Assembly: GCA_964187785.1 (NCBI GenBank)
Contig: OZ076409.1
Span: 94,986,001-95,050,000 of the forward strand
DNA: 64,000 nucleotides
Origin: Amphiscolops sp. MND2022
Lineage: Eukaryota
Reading direction: 5' to 3'
The translations under genes and the position numbers were made by a program. Below are positions 27,489-39,500 of this stretch, in pieces. The number at the start of each line of letters is the position of its first letter. Position 1 is the first letter of the stretch. Below the pieces are notes generated by a model. The model did not search any database. It saw only the letters and a program-made list of their open reading frames with translations, and was not told where the DNA came from.

Positions 27489-29409
27489 TGTCGTTTGCGA
27501 CTTATGGCGAATAAAAAGAAAGAAACTTACTACGATATCTCAAAAAGAAATAAACTCAAAACTTGTAACATGTAGTTTTATCTTTTGTAACTTGCGCAGT
27601 TTTATCTTTGTTATTTTCTCACTCAGCTCTGAATTCTGAACACGCTCGAACGTGTTCACTCCCTTTGTCCAGCGACGCTGGACACATCCCATATTTGGTC
27701 ATGACGTCAAATGACATCATTTTCTCGTGGACGCTCCGCCCACGAAATACACATACAAAATGATCTCGTTTGTCAGATCATATGACGACGTCATACGACG
27801 TCATGCTCGTCAGCCAATCACAGTAGTGATTCAATTTTATTGGTTAACGAAGCGGTCAAATTTAGTATAAAAGCAGACCAAATTTTCACCTCTCAGAGCT
27901 CTTCCTTTGGCAAAATACTAAATTGATAAATCACCCATCTTCAACTCTACAATCTTCATTCACGGGTTCAATCCCCATCTTCAGCGCGGCGCAACGATTG
28001 TTAGTTAAACCTTTTCAATTTTCGTTTTGGAGCTTTCGTTTTTCTAAGATATTTTCTTAACTTTAACTTTAACTCATTTTAGTCTTTGTGCTTTTTGTCT
28101 GAGTTTTCAATCTTCTTTTGTCAAGCCTGCTTTCTAGTTAAAGCAAATTTGTCATAGACGATTTTCAACGCTGCTTCAAGTGAAGCAATTTTAACTTAAA
28201 CTTTTGTCAAACCTGCTTTCTAGTTAAAGCAAATTTGTCCTAGACTATTTCCAACCTGCTTTCAGGTAAAGCATTTTTATCTTAAAATATTTCCGAGCCA
28301 AAACAAGTTAAGTCTTGAGCTTTTAAACTCTGCTCTAATACTGAAGCAATTTAAATCTTTAACGTTTTTCAAATCTGCCTTCAAGTAAAGGCAAGCTAAG
28401 TCTTAGTCTTATAATATTTTCAATCTAAAACAAAACAAAAATCTGCTTTCATCGTTAAAGCAAATCTTCTCTTACGTTGGAGTTTCAATTGACTTTTGAC
28501 TTCGAACAGAAGCTATCATACCGTCTTTGTTTAACAAAGATTGAATAGTCTCTGCTTCATAGTAGACTCTAAACCAAAGTCTGGTAGATATACTGACTCT
28601 AAACCAAGAACCACAGCTTCAGCTGGGTTATAGGAGACCTAAATAACTTAGTTTTTGTTTGGCCTTTCAAGTCAAACTGTTCTCAATTTGATACAAAGAG
28701 TAGCCGTATAGCACTCTATAAAACCAGTACAACAATGTGTTGTTCTTTATTCAAGAGAAGCAAGTAGCTCTTTTCAGTCCGTGACAATCAGTGGACTATA
28801 AACACCTTGCAAGCTATCGCTGCATCTTATAAAGAGGCTTCACCTCTTGATCTGGTAAAACATAAAAACAACTTAATAACTAATTTTTTTTCTAACAACT
28901 TATCTCTTATTTTTTAGAGATAGATTTCAAGTTTGATTCAATCATATTCTTTTTGTTCATGCTTATTTGTGCACTTTGCTTTTGTATGAGTGACATTTAT
29001 TACAACTTTAATGTAAATAAAGAAAGGTTCAATTTACATATTCATAGACCAAAGTACACTTTTCTCCCGGGTCGCAGAAATAATGTCCTTCCATCCGAAC
29101 TCACACCTGAGACAACCTTTGCCGAAGTGTAGGAAGGCACAGTCGCGAAAATTTTAAGTTAACGACTACTTTTAGATTTGGAATTAGAAATTAGACGAGA
29201 AAAGAACTAAGAGTTCACAAATTAGACTATAAATGAGACTTATAATTATTCTTGATCGAACTCACATAATTACTTCAGGAAGTAAATCGAAAGTGAATTG
29301 AGAATTATATTTCTTTTCTTGATTAAACTCGTACATAAAAACCACCAGCGCAAAGCGCATGCATCAAAAGTCTGAATAAGAAAAACTATTTTCAACCAAA
29401 CACTTCACA
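27489..29409 (+). repeat. 5' LTR (~1.92 kb)
   Basis: Starts TGTCG, ends TTCACA; colinear with 45090-47109. Confidence 0.95.
27702..27871 (+). promoter_or_regulatory. LTR U3 Pol II promoter: CRE-like TGACGTCA, CCAAT boxes, TATA box
   Basis: TGACGTCA at 27702, AGCCAATCA at ~27812, inverted ATTGG at ~27839, TATAAAA at 27865. All conserved in the 3' LTR. Confidence 0.65.
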
Positions 29410-29412
29410 AAC

Positions 29413-29429
29413 TGGTGCGACCAGTGAGG
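29413..29429 (+). promoter_or_regulatory. Primer-binding site (cognate tRNA not assigned)
   Basis: TGGTGCGACCAGTGAGG, 3 nt after the 5' LTR end; absent after the 3' LTR. Confidence 0.75.
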
Positions 29430-29777
29430 CAAACCCATATCATGATAACTTTTGAAGACCCGAACTATTCACTAATCTGGTTTCTGGTTTTTCACCTTGT
29501 CACTAGTTTTATCACGCTTGTTGTAAAACTAACTATCTGGACGATATCAACCCATCTCTACCATAACTGAGGTCAATGAGATCAGTGATAACTCCTGAAA
29601 ACCCGGACTACCTACTTTTCGCTGGAATCTTTCTTGTGTTCATCACACTTGTCACTTGTCTTTGTGCACTCACCTTCAAAATATACATTGAAACTCCAAT
29701 TTCCGAATTTTATTCAATTATACCTTAACTGAGGGAAACTCAGTCACAAGAAGAACTAAACTATCACAAGTCCGAGA

Positions 29778-31043
29778 TTGGCTCAGAACGCAGTCTCTTT
29801 TCCCGATCTAGCTTTGGACAAGTTCTCTGGGAACGACCCAGACCAAGATGTTAAATCAATTCTTCTGACAGTCGAAAACAAGATAGACTTTTCACTTGGA
29901 TCACCCCAACACGATGCTGGCGAAGCTGCCAGATATCTCTTCAGAAAGAAAGCACTTTTCTCATCTCTACTTCGCGGACCAGCCGCAGAATGGTACGAAG
30001 GATTTAACGTAGGTAATCTACTACCTACTTGGATTCAAGTCAGGACAGTTTTCATAACTCGCTTCTCAGATGACAGAGATAAATACAGACACAGAATAAC
30101 TGCTGAGAACTGTGTTAGAGGAAAAGAAAAACTAGTCAAAAAATTCTATGATAGAGTCAAACAAGCAGTAGACAAAGGATGGCCCATCGATGCCGCAGCC
30201 GATCAAAATGAGAGAGATGCTCAACAAAACTTGAGAAATCAGAAATATATCGACTTCACAATTAGAGGACTAACTCCTTCAGTGTTTTAAAGGAAAGCTC
30301 ATGAATACTTGATAGAGCACCCAAATACAACATGGGACACTTTCAAAGACCATGTTGCCAACAAAGACTTGATTTACTCAGTAAGTTCAGAATTTGTACC
30401 AAACTCAACTAACGAGCAGAACTCTAAACTAGACTCATTACAAAAGCAAGTCAGAGAACTTTCAGCGCTTCTGAAAGAACAACAAGTGAATGCCTTAAAT
30501 CAAGCCAACACACGGACCAATGATGTGAACAATAAATTCAGACAGAATGCCACACGCTTCTGTCACTATTGTAGACGAAACGGGCATACTCTACAATATT
30601 GCAGAACTAAAGCTTTTGATGACGAACGAAAACGTCAGTATAATCGTGAGAACCAGCAGAAAAAGCCAACCTTCACCAATGACTACAACAAGAGAAAGGG
30701 ACCGAATTTCGGATCACAAAACTATCACAACTCCAATTCTCAACACAACTCCAATTCTTCATAAAGATATGGTATTAGCTATAGTCAGCTGTATAATAGA
30801 AACCAAAATTTCAATATTCAAAATCATAACAACCAGAGTAACTCTAATCAAGGACAGAATCAGCGAACTGGACAAAACAACTACAACTTTCCCGCAAGGC
30901 AGAACAACAACTCTAATACCCAGTATAACCGAAAATTCCCTCAGAACAATTCTAACGCTCTCTCTAACAATGTGCAACTCAGTGATGACGACTCTCAAGA
31001 GATGATAAACTCAATCTCCAACTACTTTGCTTTAAACTACTAA
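29778..31043 (+). pseudogene. gag: Gag (capsid + CCHC zinc knuckle + Asn/Gln-rich tail), two in-frame stops
   Basis: LDKFSGNDPDQD..LLRGPAAEWY..FITRFSD; CHYCRRNGHTLQYC. A single frame runs 29778-31043 with TAA at 30288 and 30762. Confidence 0.88.
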
Positions 31044-34000
31044 GGTCTCCGCAGCCAGATGAAGAAAGTAACTTCAAATCACGCTTTCATATGAATGTTT
31101 TCTATTTCCCCACCGGAGACTCTAAAAAAGATAGTGGACTTGAAATCGAATTTCTGGTAGATACAGGAGCAGCTTGCTCTATCATCAACTATCGCACTTT
31201 TTGTGAAATTTCTCAGTTTCTTCAACCTATTACAGTAGTGAGAAGTAAACAAAAGACAAGAACATACACTGGAGAAGAAATACCTATGGTGGGTCATACA
31301 ACGCTAAACTTCAGTTTTGACTCTGATGGACAACACTGCTTTCAACTCCAACTCTGGATAACAGAAACCAAAACAGCAAACTTATTGGGCATTGAATTCT
31401 GTAGAAAATACATCTCCAAACTCCACTTTGATATTCCGGCATTAGAACTCAAAGACACTCCTAACACAATTTGCTACGGCAGCCTTTGTGCTACCAAACC
31501 TTATCATTTTTGTCGCTAATCAGGGCAATACGGATACCGCATGAGATACACATTGATGCTAAGACATCTCGTGTCTACAAATAACAACCAGAAGATGAAC
31601 AAACAAATTTTGCATCAGGGACTACTTTCATTCCTCTTCAAATAGTAGCCAACTCCGGACTGGACTTTGTGAATGTACTTTGTACACAATCAGAACAATA
31701 TCTACCAATTCTAATGGAGAACAACAAGAATCATCAAATAACTCTTGACAAAGGAATTTTGGGATATTCATCGCTGGACATACTAGATTTCGAGCGATCA
31801 AAAGACCAAATAAAAGACTGTGTTAAAATGGTTGACTGTATACTATCTGAGAATGACCAGTATAACGAATGTTTTCTACTACACTCAACACTACCCCACG
31901 AACTAGACTTCAGAGATGGCATACGTATCATTAATGGGAACGATGATACAATCATTGAAAATCAAACAGCCATTGATCATTGCATATCAGCAGACGCAAA
32001 AATGAGTAAAGGATTCGCCGAAACTATCAGTAACCACATCAATGGACTACAAGAGTATTGTTCCAAATCAAAAGCTTTTGTTGGATCAGTCATCTCCTTC
32101 TGGGACAATGATGCAAATAGATTCGTATACAACCTTGTCACAAAGAACAAGTTTTTTGAAAAACCTACCCTTGAGAATCTTCGGATATCACTTGAAAATA
32201 TGAGAGGCCACGCTCTACTCAACAATGTTCAAATAATAACAATGACAAAAATTGGTTGGGGACTTGGTAAACTCTCTTGGAATGACGTACTTAAAATACT
32301 GAAAGACACTTTCACTGACTCTGGAATTCTCATTCAAATCATCTCCAGAAACGAGCTGGATTGCAAAACTGCTACCAAGCCTACGAACTCAAAAGACTAT
32401 ATTGAAAACGAAATTGACAGTTATACAAACGAATGGACAATAGAAAAGAACGAGCTAGAAACACACTTCACCAAAGATTCAAAATCATGTCAGCCTCCGT
32501 GTAAGGAACAATTTCCAATACTGAGACCTAAAGACTTAAACAATGATCTCATCGACTACTATTTACAAAACCAGCCGCAAGAAATAAAAGACTTTATCAA
32601 ACAATTCGATTTCCAATACACTGACTTAGAAGATGAAGAACTTGTTAAGCTACTAGATATGATTATTGACTCCAGAGATGTATATTCACAACACAAATTC
32701 GATATTGGTCAAACCAAACAAAAGTTTCACGTCACTCTGAAACCTAAATCAGAACTTCGCAAACAACGTCCTAGCAAAGTTCCACTTCATTTGAAAGATA
32801 AACTCGAAAAACTTCTCGGACAACCACAAGAAACCGGCATCATTAGAAAAATGGGAGACGATAACGAACTCGGTTCACTTTTTGTAAACCCCATCATTCT
32901 CTTACCTAAAGCTGACTACGTTAAACTTGCCATTGATGCAGGATATCTGAATTCTATCACTGACCTAACAAACTACTCTTGGCCACTCGAACCAGTTCAA
33001 ATGATTATTACAAGAATCAAGGGTAAATACTTCACAGCAAGTGATCTCTCTTGTGCATATCACCAAGTACCTCTCAGCGAAGAAACTCAGAAACTAACTA
33101 GTTTCATCGTAGGTGGAAAACAATACACCTGTCAAGTTGGATTTTATGGCCTTTGTGGACTCCCTCAATGGTTCAGCCGAATGATGGCGATTAACTACGA
33201 ACCTCTAGTAAAGAAGAAACAAGCAATCACTTATCTTGATGATAGTCTCCTCCAATCGCAAACCAAAGGCGAGATGTTCACAATCATACACGAATATCAC
33301 CAACTCCTGCGAAACGGCGGACTAAAAACCGCACCTGACAAGACACACTTCTTCTTGAGAAAAGTAAAATTCCTGGGACATGTTATATCTCAAGATGGAA
33401 ATCAACCAGTAGCTAAACGAGTACAAGACTTCAAAAGTTTGAAATCACCGGAATGCAAACGAGACGTAATGAAAGTAGTTGGATGTTTAGGCTTTTATAG
33501 CTGTTACATCAAGAATCTACACGTCGATAGTCAGCCGTTCGATGAGTTGATAAAAGACACAACACCTTTCAAATGGACCGAACAACACGAAACACTTTTC
33601 AACAAGAAAAAAGAAAGAATCTCAGAGGATACAGTTTTAGCAGTTCTTTCAACTGAATACCCTTTTCATATTCACGTTGACTCTTCGAATGTAGGGACTG
33701 GATGTATATTAGTTCAACAGTTTCCGGAAGGAAAACGAATAGTCTCTTTCAACTCTCGTGTCTTTGACAAAGCAGAACAAAAAATGTCTACTCTCCACCG
33801 AGAACTTTGCGGTATTGTATCCGCATTACAGACCTATGAGCATTACATAATCGGCTCTCCATTTCCAATCTACCTATACTGTGATCACAAACCCATTCTC
33901 TACTTATGGGGACGAAAAGGACAACTTTCTCATCGGCTCTTCAAGTACCAAGTTATAATAACAAAATTTCACAACTTGATAAATCTGGACGCCAGGCTCA

Positions 34001-36555
34001 AACTTAGCATTCCCAGATATACTTAGCCGAAATGTAACACTGTCCGACATCAACAAACTACAGCTACAGCATAAAGAAATACCGAAAGAGATATCATTTT
34101 ATGATGAAAAGGGAGACCAGATGCATTACACTATCAAACACGAAAATAGCCAAGATATCTCATGCAATGACTTTTTTCCTATAATATGCCAACACAGGAA
34201 CGATAGACAATTTCTACACCTGAAGAATGACGGTGACGAGCAGTATATTGAAGACTACATTGAAGACAATGAAGTCTTAGCTACAATGCAAGACATGACC
34301 GATTGCTTTAAACTCGGCAAGACAATAAACCAATATAAACGACTTTGCTCAGATGTTTGCACCTACTTCACAAACTACACCATCGAAGAAGAAACCTACA
34401 GCGAAATTGAAGAACAACAAGATGACGGCTACAACAGCGACAACGAAATAGCTGATCTGAACTTCGATCAGAAGGACTCCCAGTTCTTACACGATTTCTC
34501 ACTTGCAAACGAATCAATCCGAAGAAACCAGTCACAAAAACCAATTCTAAAATCCAACATCGACTCAGAATTGCACCCAGAGGTAGATACAAAGGAATTG
34601 ATACAAAAATTGAGTGACTTTGCAAAAACTGCTGATTTAGATGTAACTACATTAGTTGAAGAACAACTCAACGACCCAGTACTACAAAAAGTACGCAGTT
34701 GGATAAAGAAATCAGACAAGCGACCAACAAAAACACATGATATCAATCAATCTAAAGCACTACTGTCATACTTCAATCGATTTGAGCAACTCTTCACAGA
34801 CAAAGAAACCAACCTCTTATGCTACAACGAGGCAGCCCAAGAAACCAACAAGACAGAGATGAAAATATGTGTTCCTCTATCACTGTTTCTACCACTTTTT
34901 AAACTTGCTCACACATACAGCCACAGTGGTCATCCCGGAATATTCAAAATCTTTGAAAATGTTAGACAGTACTTCTTTTGGCCAGGACGATACAAATGGA
35001 GTGTATATCTCATAGATGATTGCATTGAATGCCAAACCAATAAGTCAAAACGTCATGACTTACACGAAGCTCCATTGGAACGATGGTGAGAACTTGTAAC
35101 TACACCTTTTAAAACAATTCATATTGACCATAAAGGCCCGCTCAGGCCTAGTAGCAATTCTAACAACCATTGCTTAGTAGTAGTTGACGCTTTTTCAAGA
35201 TACATTGGTGTCTACCCAGTAAAAAATACCAGCGCACAAGCTACTACCACTGCACTAGAAAAATGGATCACATCTTATGGAATCCCTCAGAAGATAATAC
35301 ACGACAATGGTACAGCAATTATCAACAGTGACTTCATCAACTGGACTAAAGAATTTGGAATAACTCTTGCACCACGAACAACATACTCACCATGGAAAAC
35401 GGAAAAGTAGAAGTACAAAATCAGCATCTTACACGATATCGGAGAAACTTCACTAACGATTCAGGAAACAACTCGTCAACACTAGCACCGAAGTTTGCAT
35501 TTGCTCATAACACAAGTGTAAACTACACTACGGGACTTACCCCATATAAAATAGTGTTTGGGACAAAACCACAAGTTCCTATGACGTTAAAACTTGGACT
35601 AATACGAGACAAAAACAAACAATGCAGATCCGAATTTTGCGAAGGATAACAACCACATACACACAGCGAAAATAAACTACCAAACAAGTCCCTGGATTGA
35701 TTACTCAGGCCACAACTTTCGGACGAACTTATTGCTCGCGAAAACGACTTCAAACGAATCTATTCGTCAACCTATCAACGATGCCGCCAAATTACTTCTA
35801 AAGCACACGAATACAGGAACCGATTCAAACTCGGACGACCTATCAATATCGGACAAAAAGTATTCTTAGAGAACCACACTGCCGACTTTAGCAGATCACA
35901 AAAGTTAAAACAATTACGTGTTGGTCCTTTTACAGTCACTAAACAAATAACAAATACGACCTACGAAATTCAAGAGGACGCTAATCCAGATAATATCAAA
36001 GTTACTTATCGCAATCACCTGATTGAATACTTTCCTAAAGAGGAAAGGCATCCTCCTTTAATCACTAACTACGCGCCGCCTATAACAAAAGATAGTGATT
36101 TCTACAAACGTTTAGTGCAGTCGCGAATAAATGACTACAATTCAAATCAACAAAGATGTTCCCTAGATGTAATGCCTTTTATCATTTCGCCGCTACAAGA
36201 AAATATTATTGTTCAAGAAATGTGCAAAAACCACGCTACACTTTCGCTTAATGCTGATTCAGGAATTCAATCTCCTTCTACGCCTAGCAATGATGATCAC
36301 AATTATCAAAATCTAACAATTTCACCCTTGCCGCCGCTACAAACCCCTATACTTCCTATGACTCCTATGCCTATTCGTGTTCCTACTATTTTGAGGACAA
36401 CGCCGCAATTTCATGAAGCTGAACAATCTACTTCTTCATCGCCAAAAAAGAAAAATATTGTTGATGATCTTACATCAAAAGTAAAAGCAAAATACAAGCG
36501 TTCTCATCCTGATAGCTCACTACGAGATTTAGAAAGAAAAGGATACAAAGATTAA
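31031..36555 (+). pseudogene. pol: Pol: aspartic protease, macrodomain, reverse transcriptase, RNase H, integrase; disrupted by frameshifts and stops
   Basis: FLVDTGAACSII; DLSCAYHQV; YLDDSL; HVDSS..RELCGIV..CDHKP; AH..HSGHPG..CIECQ; HIDHKGP..VDAFSR..HDNG..NGKVE; VGPFTV. Confidence 0.95.
31921..32346 (+). other. TARG1/OARD1(Poa1p)-type macrodomain embedded in Pol between protease and RT
   Basis: HCISADAKMSKGFA..RFVYNLVTKNKFFEKPTLENLRISLENMRGH..ITMTKIGWGLGKLSWNDV parallels OARD1 HCISEDCRMGAGIA..RYIYYLITK..KPTYENLQKSLEAMKSH..LSMPRIGCGLDRLQWENV. Confidence 0.88.
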
Positions 36556-36593
36556 ATACAAAAATGTACAACAGACAAATCTGAAAAATTATG

Positions 36594-37377
36594 AACAAGA
36601 CGCCCGCGGACCAGCGGGATATTTTCCGCCCCTAATCTCTTCGAAAAAGACTACTGGACAACAAATTTGTTCCTTGTTGACTCTTTTCAACATTCCAATC
36701 TACGAAGTCTGTCGAAAATTTGACAAAAATTGCATAAAAAACTTTGAAAATTGGAAAATTTTGGATTTTTTGTCATTTTCGGTTTCAATTTGATATATTT
36801 TTCATTTAGAAAACAGTCATTATCTCTTCGGAAAAGCATACTGGACAACGAATTCCTGCCATTCCTGTCACGTTAAGCGTTTTCAACATTCTAATCCACG
36901 AAGTATATCGAAAATTTGACAAAAATTGCAAAAAACGTTAAAAATCGAAAAATTTTGGAATTTTTTTAATCATTTTTTTGGTAATTTTTTTTTAAAAAAC
37001 GCATTTATCTCTTCAGAATACAATTGGACAACGAATTCGTGCCTTGTTGAACGTTTTCAACATTCTAATCGACGATGTTTATCGAAAAAATGGCAAAAAA
37101 TGCATGAAAACGGTGAAAATTGGGAAAGTTTTGAATTTTTGTCATTTTCGAGGTCATTTTTGGGTCATTATGGGGTCATTTCCGTCATTCCCAAAAAAGT
37201 CTAAAAATCTTTACAAATACATATCGCATGGAACTAAATTTATGTCAGTTGAATTCTGTGAATGTACTTCTTCATTTTACGTAAACAATAATTCTTGGCA
37301 AATTTTGTAAAAAAAAACCCGTTTGATTTAAATATTTTCCTTTCCCATATGAAACATGGGCGGAAAATAATAAAAAA
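36594..37377 (-). mobile_element. Helentron-associated non-autonomous element (HINE/DINE-1-like, family A) inserted just after pol
   Basis: Subterminal inverted repeats ATTTTCCGCCC (36621) / GGGCGGAAAAT (37358). Terminal hairpin CCCGC-ggacca-GCGGG. About three internal ~190-bp repeats. The same termini occur at 57531-57770. Confidence 0.7.
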
Positions 37378-37393
37378 TATATATTTACAAGTT

Positions 37394-37937
37394 CTACCAC
37401 TCTAGCTGTTGAAGTAGAAAGTTGACGACTTCCTTCTCAAATCCCATTTCCCAACGGGCCTTAAGCTCCGCTTTCGCCAGATGCGACAAACTATCATAAG
37501 CGTCGCTCATCCCTTGCAGCTGGGCCAGATACGTGTTTCCACCCTGTCGACTAACTAGAGCATTTATCCACTAAAACACAGAAAATATTAACAATGGCAG
37601 AATGCCCCACACAAACACAATTTTCACCACAACATCTCACACAACACGACATGACTATTTGACAAACACGACATTTAGTCTAAAACTCAACCAAATGTGA
37701 CACATCATTTGAATAAAAGAAGCAAAACTATGAAATACTCACATCGGAGATATCAGTGAGGACCTGCAGCAACCTCAAAAAACGGGGATCCCAATTAACT
37801 TCCAGGACGCACCCCATCCCCAGCATTGGGCCTCGTGCCTGATGGACCCAATTCACAAGCTCCGCATAATCCACCGGACAGAGAAGCGATGGCCACACTG
37901 GCCCATTTAGTGTCAGAGCGAGGAATACAAAATCTAT
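37394..37937 (-). CDS. Putative spliced antisense accessory gene of the retroelement (exons 37937-37743 and 37570-37394, ~123 aa), unknown function
   Basis: Open frame DFVFLALTLNGPVWPSLLCP..LTDISD, donor GAT|GTGAGT, acceptor TTTTCTGTGTTTTAG|TGG, in-phase join to WINALVSRQGG..LLQQLEW*. Start codon uncertain (ATA in aagATAg context). Confidence 0.55.
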
Positions 37938-38926
37938 CTTTTATCAAAACGTCTGAAAAACAAACGGATTGAATTTTCACTTTCAGCACCCCCCTCCTTC
38001 AAAAATTTCCCAGCTACCCAACCCGAAAATTTGCGAGCGCACAAACCGAACAAAAAGCACAACTTTTCTTTTTCGTTCAACGGCGGTGGGACTACTTCGT
38101 AGTTATATAGTCAGAAGAAATCAAAAAACAGAAAATAACACCCAAAAACACCCGACTGAACAGCCCAGAAAATAGCAGATAAAATGAAGAAAACAAAGAA
38201 GAAACTACAAAAACAAAAGAATCACCCACAAAACTTTACCCCCATAAATTTTATTTTATCTTATTGTTTTATACTATCTTCAATAAAAAATAAAGTAAAT
38301 ATCTTATCTCAGTTCAGTTTTAAATAAACGACTTTCTATAACAAACAGAATTTAAATTATGCTTTGTTCAAACTTTTATTATCTTGTCAACTTCTTTCTT
38401 CAATTTAACTTTTGTTCACGCTTCACTTTTGTTGATAACAATCTTTTGTTTTCAGCCATCAAATAACTCAACTTTATCAAATAATTACTTTGTTCAACTT
38501 ATCTTTACTCTCACAAAAAAAGCAATTTAATGTCTTTGTTCACGTCTATGTTTATTATCTTTTCAGCTTCATAACTAGCTTTCGTTTTAGCCGCCAAACA
38601 CTTCAGCTCCTCCTTAATAGAACAATGAAAATATCTTGCCGCAAAACTCCTTTGTTGTACTCGAAAGTAATTTATTACTTCGCTTTCAATTTGTAATAAT
38701 CTCATCTTTAGTCATCAAGCGTTTCATTCTCCAATTTATATCATAAATCATTTTTCGACCTCCAGCTCCTTTGTTTTGAGCAAAAAGTAAATTTTGAACT
38801 AGTTCTTTAGCGATCGCTTTTGTAAGATTCTAAAATGAATTTTACAGAGTAAGTCGAAGCGCATGGTTTTGTTTGTATTTTAGCATAGCCTACGACTACA
38901 CAATCAACTAACGAATCTAGCAGCAA

Positions 38927-39142
38927 ATGTACCTCAAGATAAACAACGACTTCTACAGGATAATAAAATCAGAATTAAGGAATCAAACTTTTCACGTCCT
39001 TCTACAACACCATCAAACTAAAGAAAAAAAGCTTATCACTGTACCTCCTACGTCAATTCACTGGGACTACTTTCATCACCTATTCCTTTTTGTTGGAGCA
39101 ATCCCCTTCGATGTCTTCAGAAACGAAGATAATAGTATTTAA
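38927..39142 (+). CDS. Accessory ORF A (71 aa), unknown function
   Basis: ATG start; its stop overlaps the next ATG (TAATG, 39140-39144). Confidence 0.5.
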   Translation: MYLKINNDFYRIIKSELRNQTFHVLLQHHQTKEKKLITVPPTSIHWDYFHHLFLFVGAIPFDVFRNEDNSI

Positions 39143-39498
39143 TGATGAACATAATTTTTGATGAAGGCGAAATTGATGAAGTAGAATTCAACTGCCCTTG
39201 GAAAATAACAACCCCTTCAGGCAACTCCGAAAAAGTTATAATTACCAAACTTAGGTGGTCACAAACATCACTTTGTTTCATCTCCGTGACACTACATCCC
39301 ACTAGCGACAAAAATAAAGTAACTACCTTTGAAGTCGCAAAAGATAGTTTTCTTGAAGCCCAACTTTCTAAAGCACTAAGCGAATACCTTCGGAATCCAG
39401 AACAACACGTTCAACAGTATCACCTCCACGTTCTTGGGGAACTAACTGACACAATAACCCCATTGATGTACCCAGAAAACACTGACACAAAAAGCTAG
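39142..39498 (+). CDS. Accessory ORF B1 (118 aa), unknown function; paralog of B2 and B3
   Basis: Intact ORF; aligns with 39501-39815 (EVEFNCPWKITTPSG / EVNFNCPFKKTTPAG; LHVLGELTDT / LHILGELADT). Confidence 0.7.
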   Translation: MMNIIFDEGEIDEVEFNCPWKITTPSGNSEKVIITKLRWSQTSLCFISVTLHPTSDKNKVTTFEVAKDSFLEAQLSKALSEYLRNPEQHVQQYHLHVLGELTDTITPLMYPENTDTKS

Positions 39499-39500
39499 AT

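Noticed and set aside
27340..27639. ORF 27340-27639 and its partial twin 45045-45236
   Set aside because: They straddle the LTR boundary; the shared peptide simply reflects LTR identity.
30547..31005. Thr/Ile-rich 152-aa ORF overlapping gag
   Set aside because: Alternate-frame shadow of the Asn/Gln-rich Gag tail.
31520..31900. dUTPase between protease and macrodomain
   Set aside because: Only a vague beta-strand pattern (LPILMENNKNHQITLDKGILGY); none of the five dUTPase motifs is recognisable.
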